From: Camelus ferus
Lineage: Eukaryota
NCBI RefSeq assembly: GCF_009834535.1
Contig: NC_045696.1
Location: 99,512,001-99,576,000 of the forward strand
DNA: 64,000 nucleotides
Reading direction: 5' to 3'
Below the pieces are notes generated by a model. That model saw nothing but the letters and a program-made list of their open reading frames with translations. It was not told where the DNA came from and ran no database searches. Numbering within the stretch: position 1 is the first letter of the stretch; each line of letters opens with the position of its first letter. Made by a program: the position numbers and the translations under genes. Below are positions 1-12,359 of this stretch, in pieces.

Positions 1-689
1 GACTATTAAAACTGCATTGAAATAAATTCATGAAAAAAATTTAATCTTTTTCTGAAAACTGAAAAACAATGTCCCTAAGCATTTTGAGCAAAGGAAATAC
101 ATTCTCAAAAAATGTTAACCAATTTTCTACTTGGAATTAAAATATATAAGAAGTTGCACCCACTTGATATTTTTCAACCCCATTTTCCTTAACATGCCTC
201 AGAGTTTGTCTGAAATAGCTATAAACCATGACACCAGTCGATATTATTATTATTGAAGACCATGGAAGAGTATGTGTTTAAAGCCTGATTAAAGCATATT
301 TGAATGACCTTTATAAAATTTTAGAATACCAAGGATTATGCTTGTTGACAGTGAGTGAAATGGAATAACCAGAGATAAAAAGGATTTTTGATCCTAGGAA
401 AAAAGACATCCAGGCAGAATTTAGTCATAAAACATATTTTTGCAGCTACTTAAAACTAATGAGACTTATAAATCTTTCCCTCTCTCCTCACAGTCCATCT
501 AAGAAGATAAATCATTTACAGAAGATAAGTATGGTCTAAAGTAACAGGGAACATTTCACCTTTTGTAATTATTTAAAATTTGCTGTATATTTTTTTTGGT
601 TAAATTGTTTTAAAAATCAGGTAAATACTGATAAAGGTTGGGTTCTGTTTTCAAAGAATCCTTTAAAACCACGAATAAGTATGTAATCA

Positions 690-1320
690 AAAAGTGATAA
701 GCCCTCTGAAGAAAAATATACTGTGCTCAATGAAAGAGAGTGTTGAGATGTGGTTTGGATTGGGGGATCAAGGAGGTTCTCTATGAGGAAGGACGTATTT
801 AAGCTGAGGCTGGGAAGATTTAAGGTGAAAGCAATAGCAGGCTTGAAACCAAAACTGAAAAAGAGCTTGGCAGGTTTGTTAAACAGAAGGAAGCCATGTG
901 GCAAGAGAATGGAGATTCAGAAATGCAAAATTAGTTTAGAGAATTAGGCAGACCCAGGTAACAGAGCTTTGTAGGCCATGGACAAAAATTTGAATTTTAT
1001 TTTAAATATAATGAAAAACCTATAAAGGTTGCTTTAAGGGCAGTGACGTAATCTAATGAACATTAAAAAAATCTATGGCACTTGCAGTTATGTGAAAAGT
1101 GAACTGAAAGGGGAAAAGAGGGAAATGAGAGAGAAAAGTATGGATTTGTCTCAGAAAAGCTGATGGTGGTTTTGACTAAGGTGGTGGCACTGGTAATGGA
1201 GAGAAGTCAGTGTATTTAAAATATAGGTTGAGATTTGGTGATGATTTGATGTTGAAGGTAAAGAAGAGGATGGGTCAAAAATGCTTGGTTTCTGGTGTGA
1301 CAAAGTATGTAGAGCAGATC
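690..1320 (-). mobile_element. L2 LINE fragment, highly diverged
   Basis: Purine-rich tract with antisense-L2 hallmarks such as TTGTAGGCCATGGACAAAAATTTGAATTTTATTTT and GGTAATGGAGAGAAGT. Confidence 0.7.
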
Positions 1321-1875
1321 TAAGTGCTTTTACTTTTAAATGAAATTACCCTTTATGTAACCAGTATTAATTTTGTCAGTTTTTGCTTAATGTATTTTGG
1401 GGTTCTGTTAGGTACATATTTCCTGATGGATTGATTATTTTATAATTATAAAATGTCCTAAATTTTTTTCCTTAAAGTCAGTTTTGTCTGATATTAATAT
1501 AGCCCCCTAAGTTTCCTTTTGTTTAGTGTCTTTGTTAAATTTTTCTATACTTTTCCTTTCAATCAACCTGTGCTTTTGAATCTAAAGTGCTTTAGTAAAG
1601 AGTAAATAGATAGGTATTTTAAAAAATCCATCTTCTAATCTCTGCTTTTTGATTGTAGTAATTACTCCATTTACATTTAATGTAGTTTTACACTAAGTAA
1701 AATAAAGTAGGATTTACATCTGCTGTTTTGCTGCCTTTTTTGTTCCTCTGTTCTTGCATTACTGCAGCCTTTTGTGTTAAATAGACTTTTTTTTTGTATG
1801 CCATTTTAATTTCCTTAATTTTTATTATATTTTTAGGTTCCCCCCCCTTTTTTTTTTTTTTTTTTGACAAATTGA

Positions 1876-1985
1876 TTCTAGAGAAAAAGAGACATTTTAC
1901 AGTGATACAGTGATGAATCCACCAGGAAGACTGAACAGGTATAAACATTTATGTACCTAACAACAGAGCACCAAATTACACAGGC
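1876..1985 (+). mobile_element. Short L1 ORF2 endonuclease fragment, opposite in orientation to the host L1
   Basis: GAGACATTTTACAGTGATA...ATCCACCAGGAAGAC...AAACATTTATGTACCTAACAACAGAGCACCAAA corresponds to the GHYIMIKGSIHQED...NIYAPN region of L1 EN. Confidence 0.65.
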
Positions 1986-2984
1986 ATTTTTGGAAAAAAG
2001 TATACCTTAAGTGTCATTGCACTGCTTTTTGGACTCTATTTTCTGATAAGAAGTCAGTTTTTAAATCTTATTAAAAAGTGCTTATATATAGGTTGTTTTT
2101 GTTTTGTCGCTTTAAAGGATTTCTCTTCATCTTTGACTGTTCTCTATAGGACTGATATGTCTAGGTGTGATTATTTGTAAGTTTATTTTACCTGGAGTTC
2201 ATTAAGGGACTTGGATGAGTAGATTAATATTTTTAAATCAAATTTTGGAAGTTCTTGATCAATATATCTTCAAATATCTTTTCAGCCCTTTCTTTTCTCT
2301 CCATGAAATTCCCATTATGTGTATGCTGGAATGCTTGTTGGTGTACCTCAATTCTCTGATGCCTTGTTCATTATTATTTCTTTTCTCTGCTCCTCAGACT
2401 AAATAATCTCTCTTTAACCATCAAGTTTGATGATTCTTCTGCTGGCTGGACACTTTTTGAGTCCCTCTGATGAATTTCTTTTCTTTTCAGTTATTGTACT
2501 GTTCAATTGCAGAACTATTTTATTCAGTTATTAGTTTCTTTTTTTATTTCTGGTGAGATACTGTTGTCATATTTCTCTGTTTCTTTAGATATGATTTCCT
2601 TTAGCTCTTTAAACATATTTATAACAGGTGATTTAAAATCTTTAGGAACTAAGTCTAAAATGTAAGACCCCTCAGGGACAATATCTTTTGGTTCCTTTTT
2701 GCAGCACACTTCTTGTTTTTGTTTTTGCATGTCTCATAAATTTTTATTGAAGATTGGACATTTTAGGTAAATTTTTGTTGAAAACTGTAAAAACTTTGGT
2801 ATCAAGTCTCCCCCCACTGCCCATATTTCACTGTTATTGCTGGAATTTTGTTGTCATTGATGTTTTTCTTATTGCTGTGTATTTGTTCAGAGACTTGCTG
2901 GACTAATTTTGTAGATTCTGTATTTCCTGCAGTGTGCAAACACTGAATTCTCTGCCAGATTTTTAAATCAAAAAAATTTTTAAC

Positions 2985-3185
2985 ATTTTTTTGAGTTATA
3001 GTCAGTTTACAATGTTGTGTCAATTTCCAGTGTAGAGCACAATTTTTCAGTTATACATGAACATACATATATTCATCATCACATTCTTTTTCACCATGAG
3101 CTACCACAAGATCTTGTATATATTTCCCTGTGCTATACAGTATAATCTTGTTTATCTCTTCTATATATGCCTGTCAGTATCTCAA
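2985..3185 (-). mobile_element. Young L1 3'UTR fragment (5'-truncated)
   Basis: T tract then GAGTTATAGTCAGTTTACAATGTTGTGTCAATTTCCAGTGTAGAGCAC, homologous to 6445-6640; AAATTTTTAA occurs on both flanks (possible TSD). Confidence 0.85.
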
Positions 3186-3669
3186 ATTTTTAAATATACT
3201 AAATTTAAAATAATTTTTATGTAAAATTTTAAACCTGGCTTCCTACGAGTCACCTCTGATTCAGTATAATTAAGTGGTCAGCCAATCCAATTTTTGAAGA
3301 GAAAGTATCCTTAAATACCTTGCCTGTATATCTTCTATTTTTCGCCAAAGGGATCTGTGTAAGAAGGCATGCTTTCAAACTTCAGGCTATTTATAAGACA
3401 ACCTTAGCTTTCATTTCCTGCTTGTTCAGGGCCTCAAGTTCAGAAATTAAAGGAGCTTTCTTCTTAACCGAGTCTTTCCAGGGCTGTGTACATGCTGTTG
3501 CAGTCTTTTAGATGTCTAGAAATATGTTGGAGCTTTCCAAATTTCCCTATAGCCATTTCACTCTCCAAGATCTCCTTTTAAATTTCTGGCCAATCTCTTT
3601 TTTTCCCCCTTTCCAACTGAAATAATAGCGTTTGGCAGCTTCAGTGTTGCTAACAGATTGGAATTATAA

Positions 3670-3805
3670 TGGCCTATAATGAAAAAGAATATGAAAAGGA
3701 ATACACACACACACATACATACATATATATATTTTGTATATCACTATGCTGTACACCAGAAATTAACACAACTTTATCAATTGATGATATGTCAATTAAA
3801 AAAAG
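3670..3805 (+). mobile_element. Young L1 extreme 3' end
   Basis: CCTATAATGAAAAAGAATATGAAAAGGAATA...CTATGCTGTACACCAGAAATTAACACAAC followed by an A tail; matches 21880-22000. Confidence 0.8.
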
Positions 3806-4979
3806 AAGTGGGCATTTAGTGAATTCTCAATAAATGTTAGGGCCTATTTCCTTACATAGCAGAAATCATGTAGTACACAGTGGTACTATTACTGTGGGTG
3901 AATCAAGAGAAGGAAAAGTTTGGTGAATTACGTGCAGAGCAACCTCATTGAGACTGGATGGTGGGCACTTGTTCAGAGAGAGGTTCACAAAAGATTCCAA
4001 GATTTTGCAAAAGCCAAATATCACTGATTTAACTTCTGTGGTTCTACCTGGACCTGGCTTATCTCTACACTATAGATTAGTAATTTTTTTTAGCTCTATT
4101 TTTTCAACCACACTTAGTCTATACTTGTCCCACATTTACTCTAAAGTTACTCCACACTTTCTACATTTACTCCACACTTACTTTTTTTAGATTGTTGTAT
4201 ATGCTTAGGTCTTTGACATTCTTATCAAGATACTGCCAGATATATTTCTATACCTATAAATAGTTTTCCTAGACATTTGTGTTTTCTACACATTTTATTT
4301 AACTTTTTTTCTAGTCTCAGGAATCCCATAGTGGGTGTCAGATGCCACATGCTTGAAGTTTTATTTTTTTTTACTTCCCTGTGTTACTTTTGGCATCATT
4401 GTTCATCTCATGAGACCCTACCTTTTAGAAATAAATTGGTACTTATAATGAAAGACTGTATTTGTAGATAAACTCATGCTGTGTTTATATCATGTAAAGA
4501 TGAATATAGCTGTATGTTTTATATAAAAACACATAGCTAGGTATCTGTTAAGTTATAACAAAATTCTAGGTTAAACTCTGTAATCATCTAGGTTGTCTTT
4601 CTATTTTTTAACTTTTCATTTTAGAATAAAAAATAGTATAAAAAGGATAGCAAAGACTTTAGAATTGATTTTTATACTTCAGTAAATTATTAAGTGTTAT
4701 AACCAGTTTTAGTAATTATATACAGTTTTTATAATCAGTTTTAGTAATTAAGTATAATTTTAAAATTTTGATATATATTAAATATGTTTACTGTTTTACA
4801 AAACTTCCTACAATCCTTGATTAATGTGAAGTGACGCTTTCCAAAGCTATTATGTGCTGAAAATCTGTGGTCAAAGGATGAGAAATCCAGCTGCTTCTAT
4901 TGCTGCAGTAGATTTGGAATAAACACTCTAATGTTGCTCAAAGGAAAAAATAAATAAACTGTATCAAAATGTTGCCCCC

Positions 4980-5710
4980 CCCCCCCCAGCGCCAAGTAGG
5001 AAAAAAGTAGCCCTGGAAAAACTTGTGACTGCTTTGTCATTTTTGCAAAACTGTGGAAACACACCGGAGCAGCTAGTTCCCTCATCCCTGATTTCCCCAG
5101 ATGGCTGAGTTCCCATTAGCTCACCGGAGAATGAGATGCAGACCCAGTGCCTTTACATGTCATTTTGACAAGACATAATGTCCGATCTTGTTTGTGTACG
5201 CCTTTCCCTTCCACCTCAAGCCCGCTGCACTACTGGTGGTCTGCCCGTGTGCCACACAGATGTCTCTCCGCGGCAGGCTTTATTTTTCAAGTTGCTTCGG
5301 AGAGCATATGTTTCCATGGAAGCATGTTCCTTCCTTCTCCCAACACCTTCTTGTGCTACATAAACAATCTTCATCTGCCCCCTCAGATCTGGGGCACACG
5401 AGACTTTCACAGATGTCGATTTCGTTTTCAGACTGTTTGCCTCTGGTGAACACGGTCGTCAGATAATGTCTCCCTTCCTCCTCTGTTCCAAATGACTTGG
5501 AATGCAGATTTTTCCCCTCCTTTCAACTCAGTTTCCTTCTGTGACCCCAGCATGTTTTCGTCCCCTTTCTTCTAAGTCTGTCTTTGTACTAGCTCTCCAG
5601 ATGGGATCAAGGATGAGCTCTTCCTGCTCCTCACTTTATTCTCTTTACGACTGGTTTGCAGGGAAAAAAGAGGCAAATACACACATTAAATGTTTCGTAT
5701 GCGTGGCCAA
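4980..5710. promoter_or_regulatory. Candidate regulatory element (unique, CpG-retaining)
   Basis: About 18 CpGs counted by eye in ~720 bp with no recognisable repeat; X-box-like GTTTCCATGGAAGC at 5310-5323. Confidence 0.4.
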
Positions 5711-5959
5711 CTCTGTTTTTCTAATTTGTTCCCTTGACTTTTGAGGGTTTGTCACATGTTGCTTATTTATTTATATTTGGTAGCTGCCATGTTTAATTAT
5801 TTTTCTATTTTGGGGCTAGTTCATTACAAAGAAGGACACCACAAAAATATGCACATAAATTGACATATATAGTGCATATAATTAAATATAAAACATCAGA
5901 TAAGAGCTACTTCAGTATCAGTTTTCATTTCCTTTTGTAAAAGGAGCACTTTGGCTTTT

Positions 5960-6425
5960 CTTTCATTTACTCAACACCTATTTGTTGAGGAGGTGCCATG
6001 TGCCAGAAAGCCCTCTGGGTGCCAGTATTAAGGTCGCAGAAAAGGTCTCCCTTCTCAAGGAATTTATATTGTGTGAGAGACAGATAATAAACAAGTACAC
6101 AAAAGAATTAAGATAATTATGAGAGGATGCCAGCTGAGCTGATTCTAAATGACAAACAGGAGCCTGGATGCAAAAATCATGATAATGGGAAGGAATAATG
6201 GGAAGGGAAGGAGTAAGTGCAGAGTCACTACAGAAGGACTGATGCTGGCGTGCTTGAGAAACAGGAGAGAGGTCTCTGTGACAGATGTGTCACAATGAGC
6301 ATGTTGGAGCGGAAGTCTGGGGCCAGATCTCTTAGGACATTTGAAAGCAGGGTAAGAATTCTCAATTTTCTTCCAATGTCCAAGAAGCCATGGAAGCTTT
6401 TAAGTAAGGGAGCAACATGATCTGA
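5960..6425 (-). mobile_element. L2 3' end, split by a young L1 and resuming at ~8638-8675
   Basis: TTCATTTACTCAACACCTATTTGTTGAG...GAAGCCATGGAAGCTTTTAAG...CATGATCTGA; the L2 text continues as TTATGTTTTTGAAACATCCCTTTGGCAACTGTG after the L1. Confidence 0.75.
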
Positions 6426-8637
6426 TTGATTTGATTGATTTATTGAGGTACATAGTCAGTTGACAATGTTGTGTCAATTTCTGGTGTACAGCACAATGCT
6501 TCAGTCATACATGAATATACACATATTCATTTTCATATTTTTTGCCATTAAGATACTACAAGATACTGAATATAGTTCACTGTGCTACACAGTATAAACT
6601 TGTTATCTATTTTATATATACCAGTCAGTATCTGCAAATCTCATACTCCCAATTTATCCTTTCCACCCTCTTCCCCCTTGGTAACCATGTTTGTTTTCTA
6701 TGTTTATGAGTCTGTAAGTTCACTTGTCTTTTTGTTTAGATTCCACATATGAGTGATATCATATGGTATTTTTCTTTCTCTTTCTGGCTTACTTCACTTA
6801 GAATGACATTCTCCAGGGACATCCATGTTGCTGCAAATGGCTTTCTTTTATTTTTTATGGCCGAGTAGTATTCTACTGTATAAATATACCACAGCTTCTT
6901 TATCGAGTCATCTGTCAATGGACATTTAGTTTGTTTCCATATCTTGGCTCTTGTAAATAATGCTGCTATGAACATTGGGGTGCAGGTATCTTTTTGAATT
7001 AAGGTTCCCTCTGGATATATGCCCAGGAGTGGGATTGCTGGATCATATGATAAGTCTGTTTTAAGTCTTTTGAGGAATCTCCATACTGTTTTCCACATGG
7101 CTGCACCAAACTGCATTCCCACCAGCAGTGTAGGAGGGTTTCCTTTTCTCCACATCCTCTCCAGCATTTATTGTTTGTGGACTTATGAATGATAGCCTTT
7201 CTCACTGATGTGAGGTGATACCTCATTCTGGTTTTGTTTTGCATTTCTCTGATAATTAGTAATACTGAGGATTTTTTCATGTGCCTATTGGCCCTTTGTA
7301 TGTGTTCATTGGAGAATTGCTTGTTTAGGTCTTCTGCCCATTTTTGGATTGGGTTGTTTGGGTTTTTTTGTTTTGTTATTAAGTTGTATGAGCTGTTTAT
7401 ATATTCTGGAAATCAAGTCCTTGTCAGTCTCATCTTTTGCAAATATTTTCTCCCATTCCGTAGGTTGTCATTTTGTTTTGCTTATGGTTTCTTTTGCTGC
7501 ACAAAAGCTTGTAAGTGTAATTAGGTCCCATTTGTTTATTTTTGCTTTTATTTCTATTGCTTGGGTAGACTGCCATAGGAGAACATTGCTGAGATGTATG
7601 TCAGATAATGTTTTACTTACATTTTCTTCTAAGAGGTTTACTGTATCTTGTCTTATGTTTAAGTATTTAATCCATTTTGAGTTTATTTTTGTGTATGGTG
7701 TAAGGGAGTGTTCTAGCTTCATTGATTTATGTGCTGCTGTCCAGTTTTCCCAACACTGTTTACTGCAGAGACTCTCTTTATTCCATTGTATATTCTTGCC
7801 TCCTTTGTCAAAGATTAATTGACCAAAAGTTTGTGGGTCATTTCTGGGCTCTCTATTCTGTTCCATTGACTCATATGTCTGTTTTTGTATCAATACCATG
7901 CTATTTTGATTACAGTAGCATCATAGTATTGTCTGAAATCTGGGAGGGTTATTTCTCCAGCTTCATTATTTTTCTTCAGTAATGCTTTGGCAATTCTGGG
8001 TCTTTTGTGATTCCATATAAATTTTACTATGATTTGTTCTAGTTCTGTGAAAAATGTCCTGGGTAATTTGATAGGGATCGCATTAAATCCGTAGGTTGCC
8101 TTGGGCAGTATGGCCATTTTAACAATATTGATTTTTCTAATCCAAGAGTATGGGATATCTTTCTATTTCTTTAAGTCATCTTAAATTTTCTTAATCAGTG
8201 TTTCGTAGTTCTCTGTGTATAAATCTTTCACCTTCTTGGTCAGATTTATTCCTAGGTATTTTATTGCTTTGGGTGCAATTTTAAAAGGGATTGTTTCTTT
8301 ACTTTTCCTGTTGATTCATTGTTAGTGTAAAGAAATGCAACTGATTTTTGTACATTAATCTTTTATCCTGCTATCTTGCCACATTCTTTTATCAGCTCTA
8401 GTAGTTTTTGTGTGGAGTTTTTAGGATTTTCTATATATATAGTATCATGTCTGCATATAGTGACAGTTTTACCTCTCTTCCAATTTGGATCCCTTTTATT
8501 TCTTTTTATTGCCTGATTGCTGTGGCTAGGACTTCCAAGACTATGTTGAATAGAAGTGGTGAGAGTGGACAACCTTGTCCCAGATTTTAGTGGGAAGGTT
8601 TTCAGTTTTTCACCATTGAGTACTATGCTGGCTGTAG
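6426..8637 (-). mobile_element. Young 5'-truncated L1 (ORF2 C-terminal half plus 3'UTR), frameshifted
   Basis: Minus-strand ORFs 6736-7167, 6999-7280, 7468-7899, 7890-8117 and 8363-8668 are consecutive ORF2p pieces ([50 protein letters not shown]). Confidence 0.95.
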
Positions 8638-8694
8638 TACTTATGTTTTTGAAACATCCCTTTGGCAACTGTGATAATTTCTCAGAGTATTCTT

Positions 8695-9143
8695 ATTTTT
8701 AAAGACATTGTTAATGCAGTTTTAGGTTCACACAAAAAAATTGAAAGTGCAGTATAGAGATTTCCCATACACCCTCTGCCCTCACACATGCTTGGCCTCC
8801 CCCATGATCAATAACACCCACCAGAGTGGAACATTAATTATAATTGGTGAACCTACATTGACACATAATTATCCAAAGCCTATAGTTTACCTTAGGGCTT
8901 ACTCTTGGTGCTGTACATCCTTTGGACTTGGACAAATATATAATGACATGTATCATTTTAATATCACAGAATTTTCACTGTTCATTCTTTCCCCTCATCT
9001 CACTAAAGACCACTGATCTTTTTACTGTCTCTATAGTTTTGCCTTTTCTATAATGATGTCCTAAATGTTGGAGTCATACAGTATGTAGCCTTTTCAGATT
9101 GGCTTCTTTCATTTAGTAATATGCATTTAAGTTTCCTTCCATG
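8695..9143 (-). mobile_element. L1MC-type 3' end
   Basis: GCAGTTTTAGGTTCAC...TTCAGATTGGCTTCTTTCATTTAGTAATATGCATTTAAGTTTCC is the reverse complement of the family sequence at 62600-63060. Confidence 0.8.
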
Positions 9144-9414
9144 GCCAACACATTGTGTTGTAAGCATCACTCTACTGAGCCATGTCCTGGTCTCACCAGA
9201 CCTTGCAACTACTACATCTGTCCCTGCTCACCCTGCTCCCTTCCTTCCCTAGGAATGCTCTTCTCCCCGTTGCCTGTTTTGGAAGCATCTTATCCCCCCA
9301 ACCCTTGGGAACTTCCTCTGTGAAGCCTCCTGACCACCTTGTGTGTGCTCTTCCCATACTCTGTGCAGGCTCCTATAAAAGCTCCCCGGACATAAATATT
9401 TATGAATGTGTAGC

Positions 9415-9990
9415 AAACTGGGAAACGCTGGAGAGCTAGCAAGGACAAAGACTGCGCAGGGCCTGAAGGAAAGGTTAAAAAAGCTTTGACTTGAACCTTA
9501 AGGCTGCAAAGGGACTCCTGAAGAATTTCCGTGTGAAAGCAACAAGATCAGGTTTGTTCTTTAGAAAGTTCACTCTGGCCACACACTGGCAAGTGGAGTG
9601 AGTGGGCTGAGAAAGAGACTGGAGGAGGGCTGTTGCTTTAGGCTAGATGAGATGTGATGGGAGCTCTCAACGTTCACATACACACAGGCACACACAGAAA
9701 TCACAGTGGAGGGGATAGGGGTAAGAGCTCAATTGTAGAGTACACGCCTAGCACACACAATGTCCTGGGTTCAATCCCTAGTACTTCCATTTAAAAAAAA
9801 ATAGCTGACAGAGTAACAGTGAGAATGGAGATGAAAGGATGGGTTCAGAAAGACTTAATCAGTGCCTAACTGATGAGCAGTGTGTAGGGGGAAGTAATGC
9901 AAGTAATAGAAAGTGAGGGAGAGAATGAAATTAGGATTCCCCCACTTCTGTCTTGAGCATCAGGGTGGATAGTGGCACATTTCACTAATG
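9415..9990 (-). mobile_element. L2 fragments interrupted by a SINE
   Basis: AAGATCAGGTTTGTTCTTTAGAAAGTTCACTCTGGC and CAGTGAGAATGGAGATGAAAGGATGGGTTCAG are antisense L2 motifs. Confidence 0.55.
9708..9801 (+). mobile_element. tRNA-Ala-derived SINE (camelid Vic-1-like), short form
   Basis: A-box-like GAGCTCAATTGTAGAG, B box GGTTCAATCCC, then AGTACTTCCATTT and an A tail; homologous to 28610-28750. Confidence 0.8.
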
Positions 9991-11177
9991 CAGGCATGTG
10001 GAGTAGACATTTGGGAGGTGTCTTTTCACACCACCCATTTTAACAGTAGTTACTGTTTGTTGTTTTATGTGCCAACACTGTGCTTTCTATTTTACAAATT
10101 AACCTTTTGTTCTGTTTTTTGCTTTTTTAACCTTATGATTTCAGTTTTCTTTTTTCCTTTACCTACAGTAAAGCTCAAGTAGAAACCTTAGGCATTTCAT
10201 AGCCTATTTGTAGGTAGAGTGTGTTCCTTCGTGGGCAGGTGCTGTGTTGGAAACAAGTTGGATGAGTTTGGGGAGACAGTGGCTGGGGACTCAGGAGCAA
10301 GTAAGGCAGGGCCAGGAGGGAATTTGGGACACTTTCCTCCATCCATCACCATCTCACAATGTCTCTGACCTCCTAGTACACAATTATATGACTTACATTT
10401 AAGAGATACTCAATAACTATTTCCTTAATACTTCATATATTCCTCACAAATGGTAATAATAAGCTTTGAAGTCATAAAGAAGCTTTAGGTCCTTCAAACA
10501 TGTAAAGTGGTTTTTTTTTTTTTTTTTCATGGAGTTCTTTTTCTCACTTTTGCTCTCTCTCCCCCAATGGTGGCTATGTTTATGAGTTTTTCAAAAGCTT
10601 TCCTTTGCCCTTAAATCCTTTATGAGCAAACATATTTCCCTCCGCTACCATGACTTTATTCCCTCCTTTGCATTTTCTCTTCACATTTTATAATACATCT
10701 GCCCTTGTTATGCTAAGCGTACTTCTTTCATGCAGTATTTTCAGCAAACTAATTGCAAATGCTCCTGCTTAAGCCACCTGACATGAAAGATAATGTCATC
10801 AAACTGTCGTCTCTCCCTTGGGTAGGCAAATTTTTCAATGGCCCATCCTTATTTGATGTCTGAGAAGATCAAGTACAGCTACCCCCTTGCACAAACATGT
10901 AAAGATTTGCGGTTTTGGTTTTTTAGCAATTTTGAACTGAAGAAACCCATGCTGAGATTTGTTTACAAAGAGTGATGCACTTTTGCTCTAATTGTTGTGT
11001 GTTCCCCTAACTGACTTTTGAGTTCAACTCCATAAAGGGATTTTCCCACTTAAGACTTTTAACAAAGAGATATTTTTAGAGTATGAATGACATTTACTCT
11101 AATGGGAGAAAGCGGCAGATGTGATAACATGAATCAAAAGATTACTGCTAAATCATTTACATTGATTTAAAAATGGA

Positions 11178-12270
11178 TTTATTTAAAAAATATTTGTTGA
11201 GCATTTATTATGTGCCAAAGCACAAAATCAGTGCCCTGTATGAGCCTACATTCCAGAGGAGCAAAACATACGATTACCAGATTGTTAATGCTAAGGAGAT
11301 AGGAGAAAAGCAGGGAGGGAACAGTCTTGGTTTATGATGCTTGTGCTGGTATGATTATTGATAGTGTCCCCTTTCACTTTCAAACTGTGCCAGTTTGGAA
11401 AAGAAACAACGTGGTCAGTCTGTGCATTGGGGATGTTGGGTGATGAGAGATTGAAATTTTAGCTAGAGTGGCCAGGGAAGATCTCACAGAGAAAATGATA
11501 TTTAAGTTAAGACCGGAAAGAGATGAAGAGGGATTAATGCAAACATCTCAGAATGGTTTCTAGACAGAGGGGAAAGCAGATGCAAAGGGCCTAGAGTACA
11601 TTCATACCTGGTGCATTTAAGACGGCACAGCTGAAGGAGAAGACTGAGGACGACAGGAGAAGGAAATGAGAACAAGAGGTAAGTGGAAGCTGGACAGATC
11701 TTCAAAGGTAGAAGCCATGGCAGAAGTTTCAGCAGATGAGTGACTTGATTGATCGATGTTTTCGTAGGCTCATTTTGCCTGCTGTGTGGAGAACAGACTG
11801 TAGAGGAGAAGGGGTGAAAGCAGAGAGACTAGTTAAGCACTTGTAACCATCCTGACTGGAAATGTTGGTCCCTAAACATAGAGGGGTAGCAGTTGAATTC
11901 CTGAAAATTGGATATAAGAGAAAGCAAGGAGTAATTAATGCATGATGTGGAAGCTCAGGCCTGCCCACTGGAGGAATGGGTTTCTTTTTTCACTCAAATG
12001 GGAAAAACTGAGATGAGGAGATTTGGCAGCAAATTCAGGATTACGGTATTAGATGTATTAAGTCTGCGATGTCTATTAGACATCCCTGTGGATGTCAAGT
12101 AGGCAGGAGAGTGCTGGCGAGCCTTGTTGATGCAGGTAATATTCAGAGCCACGAGACTAAGTGAAATCACAAAGAGAATAAGTACAAATTTACAAGAAAC
12201 GGTGTCCAGGTAATAAGGGGCCCTGGACACTCCTATGTTTAGAGGTTTAAGAGATATGGAAGAATCATCA
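11178..12270 (-). mobile_element. L2 (L2a-like) 3' region
   Basis: AAATATTTGTTGAGCATTTATTATGTGCCA start; GCTGTGTGGAGAACAGACTGTAG; ATGTCTATTAGACATCC...GGATGTCAAGTAGGCAG. Confidence 0.85.
11315..11422. mobile_element. MER94-like hAT non-autonomous DNA transposon nested in L2
   Basis: ATTATTGATAGTGTCCCCTTTCACTTTTCAAACTGTGCCAGTTTGGA...TGGTCAGTCT resembles the recalled MER94 core and terminus. Confidence 0.6.
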
Positions 12271-12359
12271 ACATATTTTCAAACAAGTTGGCAATAATCC
12301 TCAAGAGGTGGCATTATGAATAATTTATTTTTACTATTTTCTAAAATAGCTAATACATT

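Larger units (their letters stand above)
1340..3660 (-). mobile_element. Ancient L1 (L1M) 5' part: ORF2 start, ORF1 and 5'UTR remnants
   Basis: GTTTTGTCTGATATTAATATAGC is antisense L1 endonuclease-region sequence; minus-strand ORF 2524-2730 contains SPVINMFKELKE, typical of old L1 ORF1p. Interrupted at ~1870-1985 and 2985-3185. Confidence 0.75.

Noticed and set aside
5223..5392. CTCF sites (CCACCAGTAGTGCAG and AGGGGGCAG on minus)
   Set aside because: Each matches only half of the CTCF core.
7349..7822. 157-aa hydrophobic plus-strand ORF, and similar ones at 20912, 38977 and 39385
   Set aside because: Antisense reading frames of L1 sequence; their hydrophobicity comes from T-rich composition.
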